32,000 nt of DNA from Candidatus Hadarchaeales archaeon (GTDB lineage: Archaea; Hadarchaeota; Hadarchaeia; Hadarchaeales; Hadarchaeaceae). Location: the NCBI GenBank assembly GCA_038823825.1, contig JAWBCC010000004.1:56592-88591 (forward strand), given 5' to 3'. Both the position numbers and the translations under genes were made by a program. Below, piece after piece: positions 15,080 through 22,383 of the stretch (its first letter is position 1; each line of letters opens with the position of its first letter). The notes under the pieces were generated by a model, which made no database searches, was not told the DNA's origin, and saw nothing but the letters and a program-made list of their open reading frames with translations.

Positions 15080-16369
15080 TCATCTTCGTCTGACAACCGT
15101 CGCAACCGTCACGCTCAGCAAAACGATCAAAACCGCTAGCGCTATCCAAAACATTTGCTCAGTCGGGAGAAAAGGGATTTCTTGGGGTTTCCAAAGGTTG
15201 ATCGACCCGCCCAACCTGCTGTATGCCCAACCGTAATCAAACTGACCAACCTCGAAAGAAAGATTTTCCCCGGGGTTGAGGAAAATGAGCTTCGGCCAAC
15301 CCTGAACATCCTCATACCTTTCATATTCTTCTACATATCTCTTCACGATTAGATTGTCTAAAAGTGGAACGCTCGAGACGTTTGCAATTGAGACCCTCCA
15401 TCCGTTCTCCGTTTGCTCTCCTGACAGAATGACAGAATTCTCCAGCTCATACAAAAATTGCCAACCGATTGGAGTCACGGCATATTCGACTTTGGTTATC
15501 CCGGAGCCGGGGGGCGCTCCCCAATATCTATAGTGAACTCCCTCCCCACCCGTCACAAACTTTTTTGCACTGCCGAGATCTACCCAGGTTGGATCTACTG
15601 GAAGCCATCCTCTCTCTGGAATCCATACCTCCGCCCACGCGTGTCCGGTCTCTAACTTACGGTTGAGATTCTCATTTTCCACAGAATATCCCTGAACATA
15701 GCGGGCTGGAATTCCAACCGATCTACAGAAGGCGATAAATAACGTTGCAAATTCGTCACATACGCCTGCTTTCATTTGGATGATCTCATAATCCTTCAAC
15801 TTGACATCACCGCCGAGTTGGGGGCTATAGGTTATATTTCTCTGAATCCATTCGACAAAACTCGTGATAATCGATGGAAGATCGTTCTCCGTTCCGGTGA
15901 CGATTTCTCTCGCTAGCGAAACGACTTGTGGGGATAGAGTTACCCTGTCATCGGGCTGGAGGTACTCCTGCATGCCAACGATTGGTTCAACCGGGATATG
16001 CGGAACTTCCGGAACATTGCGCAAGTCAACGGATACCACAAAGGTTCCTGTGAACGTGATAACTGTGTATGGCACTTCTCGCATGTATTTCTCGATCACC
16101 CAGACGGGCTTGCCGTTTACGTTTTCTAGCCTTCCATCCTGAAGATTTGCCGTTACGGTCTGGTATTCTGTTGGGATTGGGATATCAGAGATCTCGAGGC
16201 GTATTCTTGTGCTATCTGGATAAAATCGCCCCTGCCAGTACACTCTAACAGTGTACTGAAGTGTGTGCGTGACTTCAAGAGGAATTGAGAACGAACCGAC
16301 TGGGAGAGTAAAGAACGTGATCATAAGAAATAGAGCTGCTGCCCAAATGGTAAAAAATTTCTGCTTCAT
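15080..16369 (-). CDS. Membrane-anchored transglutaminase-like (Cys-His-Asp) domain protein
   Basis: Start taken at MKQKFFTIWAAALFLMITFF (signal/TM); the track ORF extends to 16411. Core motifs GVCDEFATLFIAFCRSVGIPARYVQGY...GHAWAEVW...GWLPVDPT. C-terminal TM helix FWIALAVLIVLLSVTVATVVRRR. Confidence 0.8.
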   Translation of the reverse strand: MKQKFFTIWAAALFLMITFFTLPVGSFSIPLEVTHTLQYTVRVYWQGRFYPDSTRIRLEISDIPIPTEYQTVTANLQDGRLENVNGKPVWVIEKYMREVPYTVITFTGTFVVSVDLRNVPEVPHIPVEPIVGMQEYLQPDDRVTLSPQVVSLAREIVTGTENDLPSIITSFVEWIQRNITYSPQLGGDVKLKDYEIIQMKAGVCDEFATLFIAFCRSVGIPARYVQGYSVENENLNRKLETGHAWAEVWIPERGWLPVDPTWVDLGSAKKFVTGGEGVHYRYWGAPPGSGITKVEYAVTPIGWQFLYELENSVILSGEQTENGWRVSIANVSSVPLLDNLIVKRYVEEYERYEDVQGWPKLIFLNPGENLSFEVGQFDYGWAYSRLGGSINLWKPQEIPFLPTEQMFWIALAVLIVLLSVTVATVVRRR

Positions 16370-16445
16370 TAGGTAGTACTCCTCTTTGGATGACTTAAAA
16401 TTTGCTAGCATTTGGCTTAAATCCTATCGGGAGGAAATTGTAAAG

Positions 16446-17003
16446 ATGAAGTTGGACGTTGCACCCGAGAGATCTTACCGGCTTCTCTATCCAAGACAGA
16501 TAGTCCTAGTAGGTTGCTGCTCGCCAGACGGGAAACCCAATGCCTTGACGATTGCTTGGTTTATGCCACTGTCTATGTCTCCACCGCTCGTTGGGATCTC
16601 GGTCTCTCCGAAGCGCTATTCACACTCGCTTATCGAGCAGACTGGCGATTTCACCGTAAACATTCCGACAATGGATATCTTGGAGAAAGTCCACTTGTTC
16701 GGAAGCGTGTCTGGGAAAAACGTGGAGAAATTTGCCAGTCTTGGGCTTACGGCTGAAAAGGCAAGACTCGTAAAATCGCCGATTGTCAAGGAATGTGTTG
16801 CCCATCTCGAGTGTAGATTGACGGAGAGCCTGAGGACAGGAGACCATACCCTTTTCATTGGAGAGGTCTTGGCGGCCTATGCGGATGAGAGGTTCTTCAG
16901 GAATGGAAAGTTCGATCTCAAAATCTTTCGCGGAATTTACCAAGTTGGAGGATCTGAATACGCGACGATGTCGGAAGTAACTAAGGAGGTTGGAAAATAC
17001 TGA
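16446..17003 (+). CDS. Flavin reductase-like FMN-binding (split-barrel) domain protein
   Basis: ATG 16446 follows GGAGG. ...LLYPRQIVLVGCCSPDGKPNALTIAWFMPLSMSPPLVGISVSPKRYSHSLI...GDHTLFIGEVLAAY is typical of the Flavin_Reduct family. Confidence 0.75.
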   Translation: MKLDVAPERSYRLLYPRQIVLVGCCSPDGKPNALTIAWFMPLSMSPPLVGISVSPKRYSHSLIEQTGDFTVNIPTMDILEKVHLFGSVSGKNVEKFASLGLTAEKARLVKSPIVKECVAHLECRLTESLRTGDHTLFIGEVLAAYADERFFRNGKFDLKIFRGIYQVGGSEYATMSEVTKEVGKY

Positions 17004-17016
17004 GAGGGGTTTAAGT

Positions 17017-17229
17017 ATGGTGGACTGCGCAATCTGTGGAAAAGAGATCACCGGGGAGAAAGTCGAGTGTTCGATTTGTAAAGCGGTGATGCATAGGGAA
17101 TGTGCGAAGAAGATTTCGGGAAGATATTATTGTAAGCAGTGTTATAAGGAAGGAAAAAAGAGGGCGAGATACGAAAGGATGGCGCAGAGGGCGATGATAG
17201 GGAAAAAGCTTCCGAAGAAGCTCTGGTAA
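17017..17229 (+). CDS. 70-aa zinc-finger miniprotein with C4HC3 spacing and a basic tail
   Basis: MVDCAICGKEITGEKVECSICKAVMHRECAKKISGRYYCKQCYKEGKKRARYERMAQRAMIGKKLPKKLW. Ligand pattern: C4-x2-C7-x10-C18-x2-C21-x4-H26-x2-C29-x9-C39-x2-C42. Confidence 0.5.
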   Translation: MVDCAICGKEITGEKVECSICKAVMHRECAKKISGRYYCKQCYKEGKKRARYERMAQRAMIGKKLPKKLW

Positions 17230-17301
17230 TCGCGTTTTCAATGTTCGTGAGGATAAATCAGACGATAAGGTAAATACGCCTTCTCTACAAGATTTTTCTT
17301 G

Positions 17302-17389
17302 GCGGGGGTGGCCGAGCCAGGTCAAAGGCGCGGGATTTAGGGTCCCGTCCCGAAGGGGTTCGGGGGTTCAAATCCCCTCCCCCGCACCA
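17302..17389 (+). tRNA. tRNA-Leu (anticodon UAG), class II with long variable arm, CCA encoded
   Basis: Acceptor GCGGGGG/CCCCCGC; anticodon stem CGGGA/TCCCG with loop TTTAGGG; long variable arm; T-loop TTCAAAT; terminal ACCA. Confidence 0.88.
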
Positions 17390-17512
17390 AGTTTTCGGTA
17401 AAAGGCGAAACGTTGTGAACTTCTTTATAAATCCCCTATGCAAAAATCGAAGTTCACAAAGTCTTCACATAGATTTTTAAGGAAAGCCGGCCAAAGATGA
17501 AAAGAAGAGCGG
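17390..17512 (+). promoter_or_regulatory. CRISPR leader (123 nt) with TATA-like box TTTATAAA at 17424-17431; its first 31 nt are copy 2 of the direct repeat
   Basis: AT-rich segment between the tRNA-Leu CCA and the first repeat. Orientation is set by the repeat's 3' ATTGAAAG. It contains an inverted pair GTGAAC(17415-17420)...GTTCAC(17452-17457). Confidence 0.6.
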
Positions 17513-20330
17513 GTTGCAGTGAAATGCCCCTGAAAATGGGGATTGAAAGATCCGTAGATAATTTTGGCTTCATGCTGGTGGAAAGTTGCAGTGAAATGCC
17601 CCTGAAAATGGGGATTGAAAGTCACTTCAACCCACGTGCCGCCGACGTTTATCTCTGGTTGCAGTGAAATGCCCCTGAAAATGGGGATTGAAAGTTAAGA
17701 AGTGTCTCTTGAGCCCCTCTGGAAATCCAAGTTGCAGTGAAATGCCCCTGAAAATGGGGATTGAAAGTAAATTACCGTATAGAGAATTATCTCCTTTACA
17801 GATGTTGCAGTGAAATGCCCCTGAAAATGGGGATTGAAAGTTTTTACCATTTACTCGACCCCTTCATCAGCTTGTAGTTGCAGTGAAATGCCCCTGAAAA
17901 TGGGGATTGAAAGTAAGTTAATATACCCTTTGAGTGAAGATTTATTCTATGTTGCAGTGAAATGCCCCTGAAAATGGGGATTGAAAGAATAACCCGAAAT
18001 CATAAAATAAGTGTCTCTTAATCGTTGCAGTGAAATGCCCCTGAAAATGGGGATTGAAAGCTATACAGATATTATAGTGGATGATGATGCATAAGGTGTT
18101 GCAGTGAAATGCCCCTGAAAATGGGGATTGAAAGATGAATGTGCCAAAGATGGAAAAGCATATTCTTCAATGTTGCAGTGAAATGCCCCTGAAAATGGGG
18201 ATTGAAAGACTTTTTCAAACTTCATTCTTTTTCACCTCCTCCTGGTTGCAGTGAAATGCCCCTGAAAATGGGGATTGAAAGCTGTAAGGAAATGCATCAT
18301 AAATATCCACAAATGCAAGTTGCAGTGAAATGCCCCTGAAAATGGGGATTGAAAGAAAGTAACCAAAAATTTCCAATTCTCCTTCTGTATGTTGCAGTGA
18401 AATGCCCCTGAAAATGGGGATTGAAAGTCTCATATCGCTCTAACAAGTCCGGTTTATGGGGAGTGTTGCAGTGAAATGCCCCTGAAAATGGGGATTGAAA
18501 GTAGTATTCATCTGGAACCACCTGAACACTGTCTGACGTTGCAGTGAAATGCCCCTGAAAATGGGGATTGAAAGTCTTTTTCAGCCAATGCTAACCCTAC
18601 ACAATAGTGGTTGCAGTGAAATGCCCCTGAAAATGGGGATTGAAAGCATCACCTCCGGCTCTACGATGTACTGGATTCCGTGTTGCAGTGAAATGCCCCT
18701 GAAAATGGGGATTGAAAGTTATTCACTCAGTAAAGGTGAAACACTCAAGGTCAGGGTTGCAGTGAAATGCCCCTGAAAATGGGGATTGAAAGCCGGTAAA
18801 TCTTGTGGCATCCTCCATTCCTTTCTTTCGTTGCAGTGAAATGCCCCTGAAAATGGGGATTGAAAGAAGTTTTCTCTCTCACCGATGGCATATACAGTTT
18901 CGGTGTTGCAGTGAAATGCCCCTGAAAATGGGGATTGAAAGATTCCCATCTCCTCACTGAAAGCCTGAAACGAAAGAAGTTGCAGTGAAATGCCCCTGAA
19001 AATGGGGATTGAAAGAACCACATATATGCCTCGTCCAGTAGCACCAATCCATGTTGCAGTGAAATGCCCCTGAAAATGGGGATTGAAAGCTCCCATTTGG
19101 TCAATATATCGTGAAGGTCTCGTTCGTGTTGCAGTGAAATGCCCCTGAAAATGGGGATTGAAAGATCGCAATAGCAATCATCTCTCTTTTTCCTAGTTCC
19201 GTTGCAGTGAAATGCCCCTGAAAATGGGGATTGAAAGAAAAATGCCCTTCTGTCTCTTTCATCGGGAATCACTGTTGCAGTGAAATGCCCCTGAAAATGG
19301 GGATTGAAAGTGAATATCGAATGCACAGCCCTCCCCGTTCTTTAATGTTGCAGTGAAATGCCCCTGAAAATGGGGATTGAAAGGAGCAGGATCAGCGTTC
19401 GTGACAGAGCGGAGGATGTTGCAGTGAAATGCCCCTGAAAATGGGGATTGAAAGCAACAGGCGGATAAAACCATTCGAGAAATCATATCGTTGCAGTGAA
19501 ATGCCCCTGAAAATGGGGATTGAAAGTTGTACAGTGTGTTCGCTTGTTCTTGTGTCAGGTAGGTTGCAGTGAAATGCCCCTGAAAATGGGGATTGAAAGC
19601 CCGCTTTTCCTAAAACACGTTTAACACCGAGAAGAGGTTGCAGTGAAATGCCCCTGAAAATGGGGATTGAAAGAGAATGACCTGTCCGCCGGGTTTGTCT
19701 GGAACCACTGTTGCAGTGAAATGCCCCTGAAAATGGGGATTGAAAGCTGTATTCATAACCTTCTGGCTTGAACGCTAAAACTGTTGCAGTGAAATGCCCC
19801 TGAAAATGGGGATTGAAAGGTTCTAGCTCTGCCGGATCATGCAAAAGTGTACAATGTTGCAGTGAAATGCCCCTGAAAATGGGGATTGAAAGTACTTGCG
19901 CCTTTTGGCTAGCAGCAATTATTGCTGCGTTGCAGTGAAATGCCCCTGAAAATGGGGATTGAAAGGAATACAAGTGCCTCATCCCCTCGCTCCATTTTTA
20001 TGTTGCAGTGAAATGCCCCTGAAAATGGGGATTGAAAGCATTGCTTTGTGCAGATCCTCGTCGGTGAGCTCCTGTTGCAGTGAAATGCCCCTGAAAATGG
20101 GGATTGAAAGTCAGTCACGAGCCGCATCTCCTGCAGCTCGGCTTTTGTTGCAGTGAAATGCCCCTGAAAATGGGGATTGAAAGCAGAAAATCTTCTTATT
20201 GAAAATCTTCGCACAACTTGTTGCAGTGAAATGCCCCTGAAAATGGGGATTGAAAGCTCGAAAAATCTGATTTTTATGTGAACGAGGAGAGAAGTTGCAG
20301 TGAAATGCCCCTGAAAATGGGGATTGAAAG
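17513..20330 (+). CRISPR. CRISPR array: 39 x 37-nt repeat GTTGCAGTGAAATGCCCCTGAAAATGGGGATTGAAAG with 38 spacers of 34-38 nt
   Basis: I located every repeat start by hand (17513, 17585, 17658, 17731, 17804, 17877, 17951, 18024, 18098, 18172, ... 20147, 20220, 20294). All copies read identical. The repeat has an internal CCCC-N7-GGGG mini-hairpin and ends in ATTGAAAG. Confidence 0.97.
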
Positions 20331-20331
20331 G

Positions 20332-20357
20332 ATCTTCCGTTCGAATTGACGGAAGAT
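20332..20357. terminator. Perfect 9-bp stem / 8-nt loop hairpin between the array end and the convergent gene
   Basis: ATCTTCCGT-TCGAATTG-ACGGAAGAT starts 2 nt after the last repeat and lies 34 nt from the stop of the minus-strand gene at 20391. There is no obvious oligo-T tract, so a terminator role is an inference. Confidence 0.35.
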
Positions 20358-20390
20358 ACCAAAGTTCAGTAAAAGATTTGGCTGACACTT

Positions 20391-20714
20391 TCATTTGGAC
20401 TTGCCCGTTCGAATTTTAGCTCTCACTATAAGATGCCACGTATTTCCAGTGTGAAGAGTATACAAAATTCCATACCTTCCTGTCCATTTCCAGCCGCGCT
20501 CACCTAACTTTGGATATCTTTTGAGATCGGGGTTACCGAGCAGTTCATGGATAAAATCCTCTGTAAACTCGTGAGCAACTAAATCGCAAAGCGATTTTCG
20601 CAGTTTATTAAAATCAAAAGACGTTCCACAATTTCCACATCTCCATCTGTTCCTTCCGATTTTTTCTAGAGAATTGTAGCAACACTGCGGACAAGTCAAT
20701 TCCGCTTCACTCAT
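20391..20714 (-). CDS. Zinc-ribbon protein of unknown function (107 aa)
   Basis: N-terminal CPQC-x15-CGNC ribbon (TCPQCCYNSLEKIGRNRWRCGNCGTSFDF). The C-terminal part WKWTGRYGILYTLHTGNTWHLIVRAKI has no family I can name. Lies 27 nt downstream of the DpnI-like gene on the same strand. Confidence 0.5.
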   Translation of the reverse strand: MSEAELTCPQCCYNSLEKIGRNRWRCGNCGTSFDFNKLRKSLCDLVAHEFTEDFIHELLGNPDLKRYPKLGERGWKWTGRYGILYTLHTGNTWHLIVRAKIRTGKSK

Positions 20715-20741
20715 GATCCGATCTGATCAAAAACGGCCTAT

Positions 20742-21527
20742 TTAAGACTTCCTGATCCGATAAAGGCCTTTCCCCAAAAACTCGATGATCCCGTGATCTC
20801 TTAATATCTGCAACTGTTGGCGGATTTTCGGACGGATGTGCTTGTTTTTCGGATGGAGCTGTGCCAACCTATTCTCAAATGCGTACACATCTCTGAGCGT
20901 GAACTGTTCCTGACCCAGCTCCCTAATGCAGGCAAGTACATCCGCTAACCAACCGCGAGAGCGGAGTGATTGCTCACGCATGAATATAAATCGGTTCCAT
21001 GAATCCCTCACAACAGCCGCTGGTATTTCTCGACCATTTTCTATGATCGGAATTCTGGCGTCTGGGGGGAGGTTTCCTAAAAGAATGTTTGAACCTACCC
21101 AGCCACGCCTTCTAGCACTTTCTCCGAGAGGTTTCCGTTTTTCTATTATCGATTCCGTGATGAAATGTTTTGGCACTAGAAAAAGATCTAACACTATAAA
21201 CTTCCTCGGATCATATCGAAGGAAGAGAAAATTCGGGATGGTTCCAGCCCGGATAGCTTCTATCTTTGGCGCATAGGCGGAATTCACAATACGATTCCCA
21301 AATGGATGAGATTGGCTTTTTAGTTGATATTGCTCGCTACAATTTGGACAAACAAAGTCAACGACTCGCTCTCCCCTACGTGTAGGAGATAGATGATCTG
21401 ACGGACATGCTGGACAATACATATTCTCTTGAATCCAAGCTTCTGTTAAGATTCGCGCCCGCTGAGAGAAGCTTTTGTAACTAACGGCTAGTTCTGGTTT
21501 TAGTTCCAATTTCAAGCATATCCCCAA
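20742..21527 (-). CDS. DpnI-family (Dam-replacing family) methyl-directed type IIM restriction endonuclease homologue with C-terminal winged helix
   Basis: The 261-aa ORF is collinear with S. pneumoniae DpnI as I remember it. Shared motifs: YKS.SQ.ARILTE.W, YCP.C...VxDFxCxxCSE..(E/Q)LKS, PNF(F/L)FL, LVPK.F.T.S.I..RKPL...ARR.GW.G.NI.L, SL.SRGW, FTL.D.Y.FE, N.HI..KIRQQLQILRD..IIEF.G.G.YR. Confidence 0.8.
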   Translation of the reverse strand: MGICLKLELKPELAVSYKSFSQRARILTEAWIQENMYCPACPSDHLSPTRRGERVVDFVCPNCSEQYQLKSQSHPFGNRIVNSAYAPKIEAIRAGTIPNFLFLRYDPRKFIVLDLFLVPKHFITESIIEKRKPLGESARRRGWVGSNILLGNLPPDARIPIIENGREIPAAVVRDSWNRFIFMREQSLRSRGWLADVLACIRELGQEQFTLRDVYAFENRLAQLHPKNKHIRPKIRQQLQILRDHGIIEFLGKGLYRIRKS

Positions 21528-21655
21528 CTACATTAGATAACGAAATGATCTAAAAGTTGCGGAAAGTTTGCTGTTTTCCCTCTTGCTTAACCGCGACCTT
21601 CCGATAACCCCGGCGGACAATTACTAATATTAGTTCTATCGTAGATTTTGTGACG

Positions 21656-22294
21656 ATGAAAGTCAAGTGGTGGGGTCACGCCTGCTTCGAGCTCAAAAAC
21701 GAAACCACAATCGTTTTCGATCCCCATGATGGTAAAGGTGTTGGGCTCAAGCCACCAGAAACCAAAGCTGACATAATCCTCATTTCCCATCTTCACTATG
21801 ACCACGCCGACGGGGCAGATCTTGTTAAGAAAGCACAATCTACTATTATAGCTGAACAATCTGGAGAATTCTCAGTAGCAAAAGCAAAGATAAAGGGAAT
21901 CTCTTCCTATCACGATGAGAATTTCGGAAAGCTCAGAGGAAAAAATATCATATACGTCGTGGAAATCGAAGGTCTGAGATTTTGTCACCTCGGAGATCTT
22001 GGCCACGTCCCGACCGACGCACAAGTGAAAGATATTGGAGAAGTCGATGTTCTATTCGTTCCGGTCGGTGGGACATACACAATCGACGCAACCGGTGCAA
22101 CGAAAACGATTGAAAAAATAAAACCAAAAATCGCCGTCCCGATGCACTATGCAGTGAAGGGCCTGAGGGTGAAAATAGCTGGAGTTGAAGAATTTTTGAG
22201 AGAAAAGAAAAATATCCGCAGATTAGAAACTGACGAGTTTGAAATCACTAAAGAGAAACTGCCTAAGGAAACCGAGATATGGGTACTCTCTTAG
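21656..22294 (+). CDS. Metallo-beta-lactamase-fold hydrolase (UPF0173-like)
   Basis: MKVKWWGHACFELKNETTIVFDPH...ADIILISHLHYDHADG. The track start is GTG 21650; I prefer ATG 21656. Confidence 0.75.
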   Translation: MKVKWWGHACFELKNETTIVFDPHDGKGVGLKPPETKADIILISHLHYDHADGADLVKKAQSTIIAEQSGEFSVAKAKIKGISSYHDENFGKLRGKNIIYVVEIEGLRFCHLGDLGHVPTDAQVKDIGEVDVLFVPVGGTYTIDATGATKTIEKIKPKIAVPMHYAVKGLRVKIAGVEEFLREKKNIRRLETDEFEITKEKLPKETEIWVLS

Positions 22295-22383
22295 AAGGGC
22301 CATTAAAATTTGCTCTGCGCTATCTCACTCTGGAAACACCCAGATAATACGTTTTAAACCAAACAAAAATGAAGTGATTTGCG

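Noticed and set aside
14946-17420. Reading the two 30-nt direct repeats as att sites of an integrated element.
   Set aside because: There is no integrase, transposase or viral-type gene between them. The repeats lie outside the tRNA bodies, and the enclosed genes look like ordinary cellular functions. The observation is kept only as a possible recombination scar in the corresponding finding.
17700-18019. Spacers 3 and 7 share the 11-mer AAGTGTCTCTT (17700-17710 and 18009-18019).
   Set aside because: With about 38 spacers of roughly 36 nt each, my rough estimate of the chance of some shared 11-mer is on the order of 0.1-0.2. That is not significant without an external match.
19912-19928. Near-perfect palindrome GCAGCAAT-T-ATTGCTGC inside spacer 33.
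   Set aside because: It is probably a feature of the protospacer source, such as an operator or terminator of an invader. It has no evident role in the host and cannot be interpreted without the target.
17425-20394. About a dozen ORFs of 60-196 aa on both strands with reiterated peptides (FNPHFQGHFTAT, FQSPFSGAFHCN, LSIPIFRGISLQ, CSEMPLKMGIES).
   Set aside because: They are translations of the 37-nt CRISPR repeat in different frames, so they are artefacts of the array and not genes.
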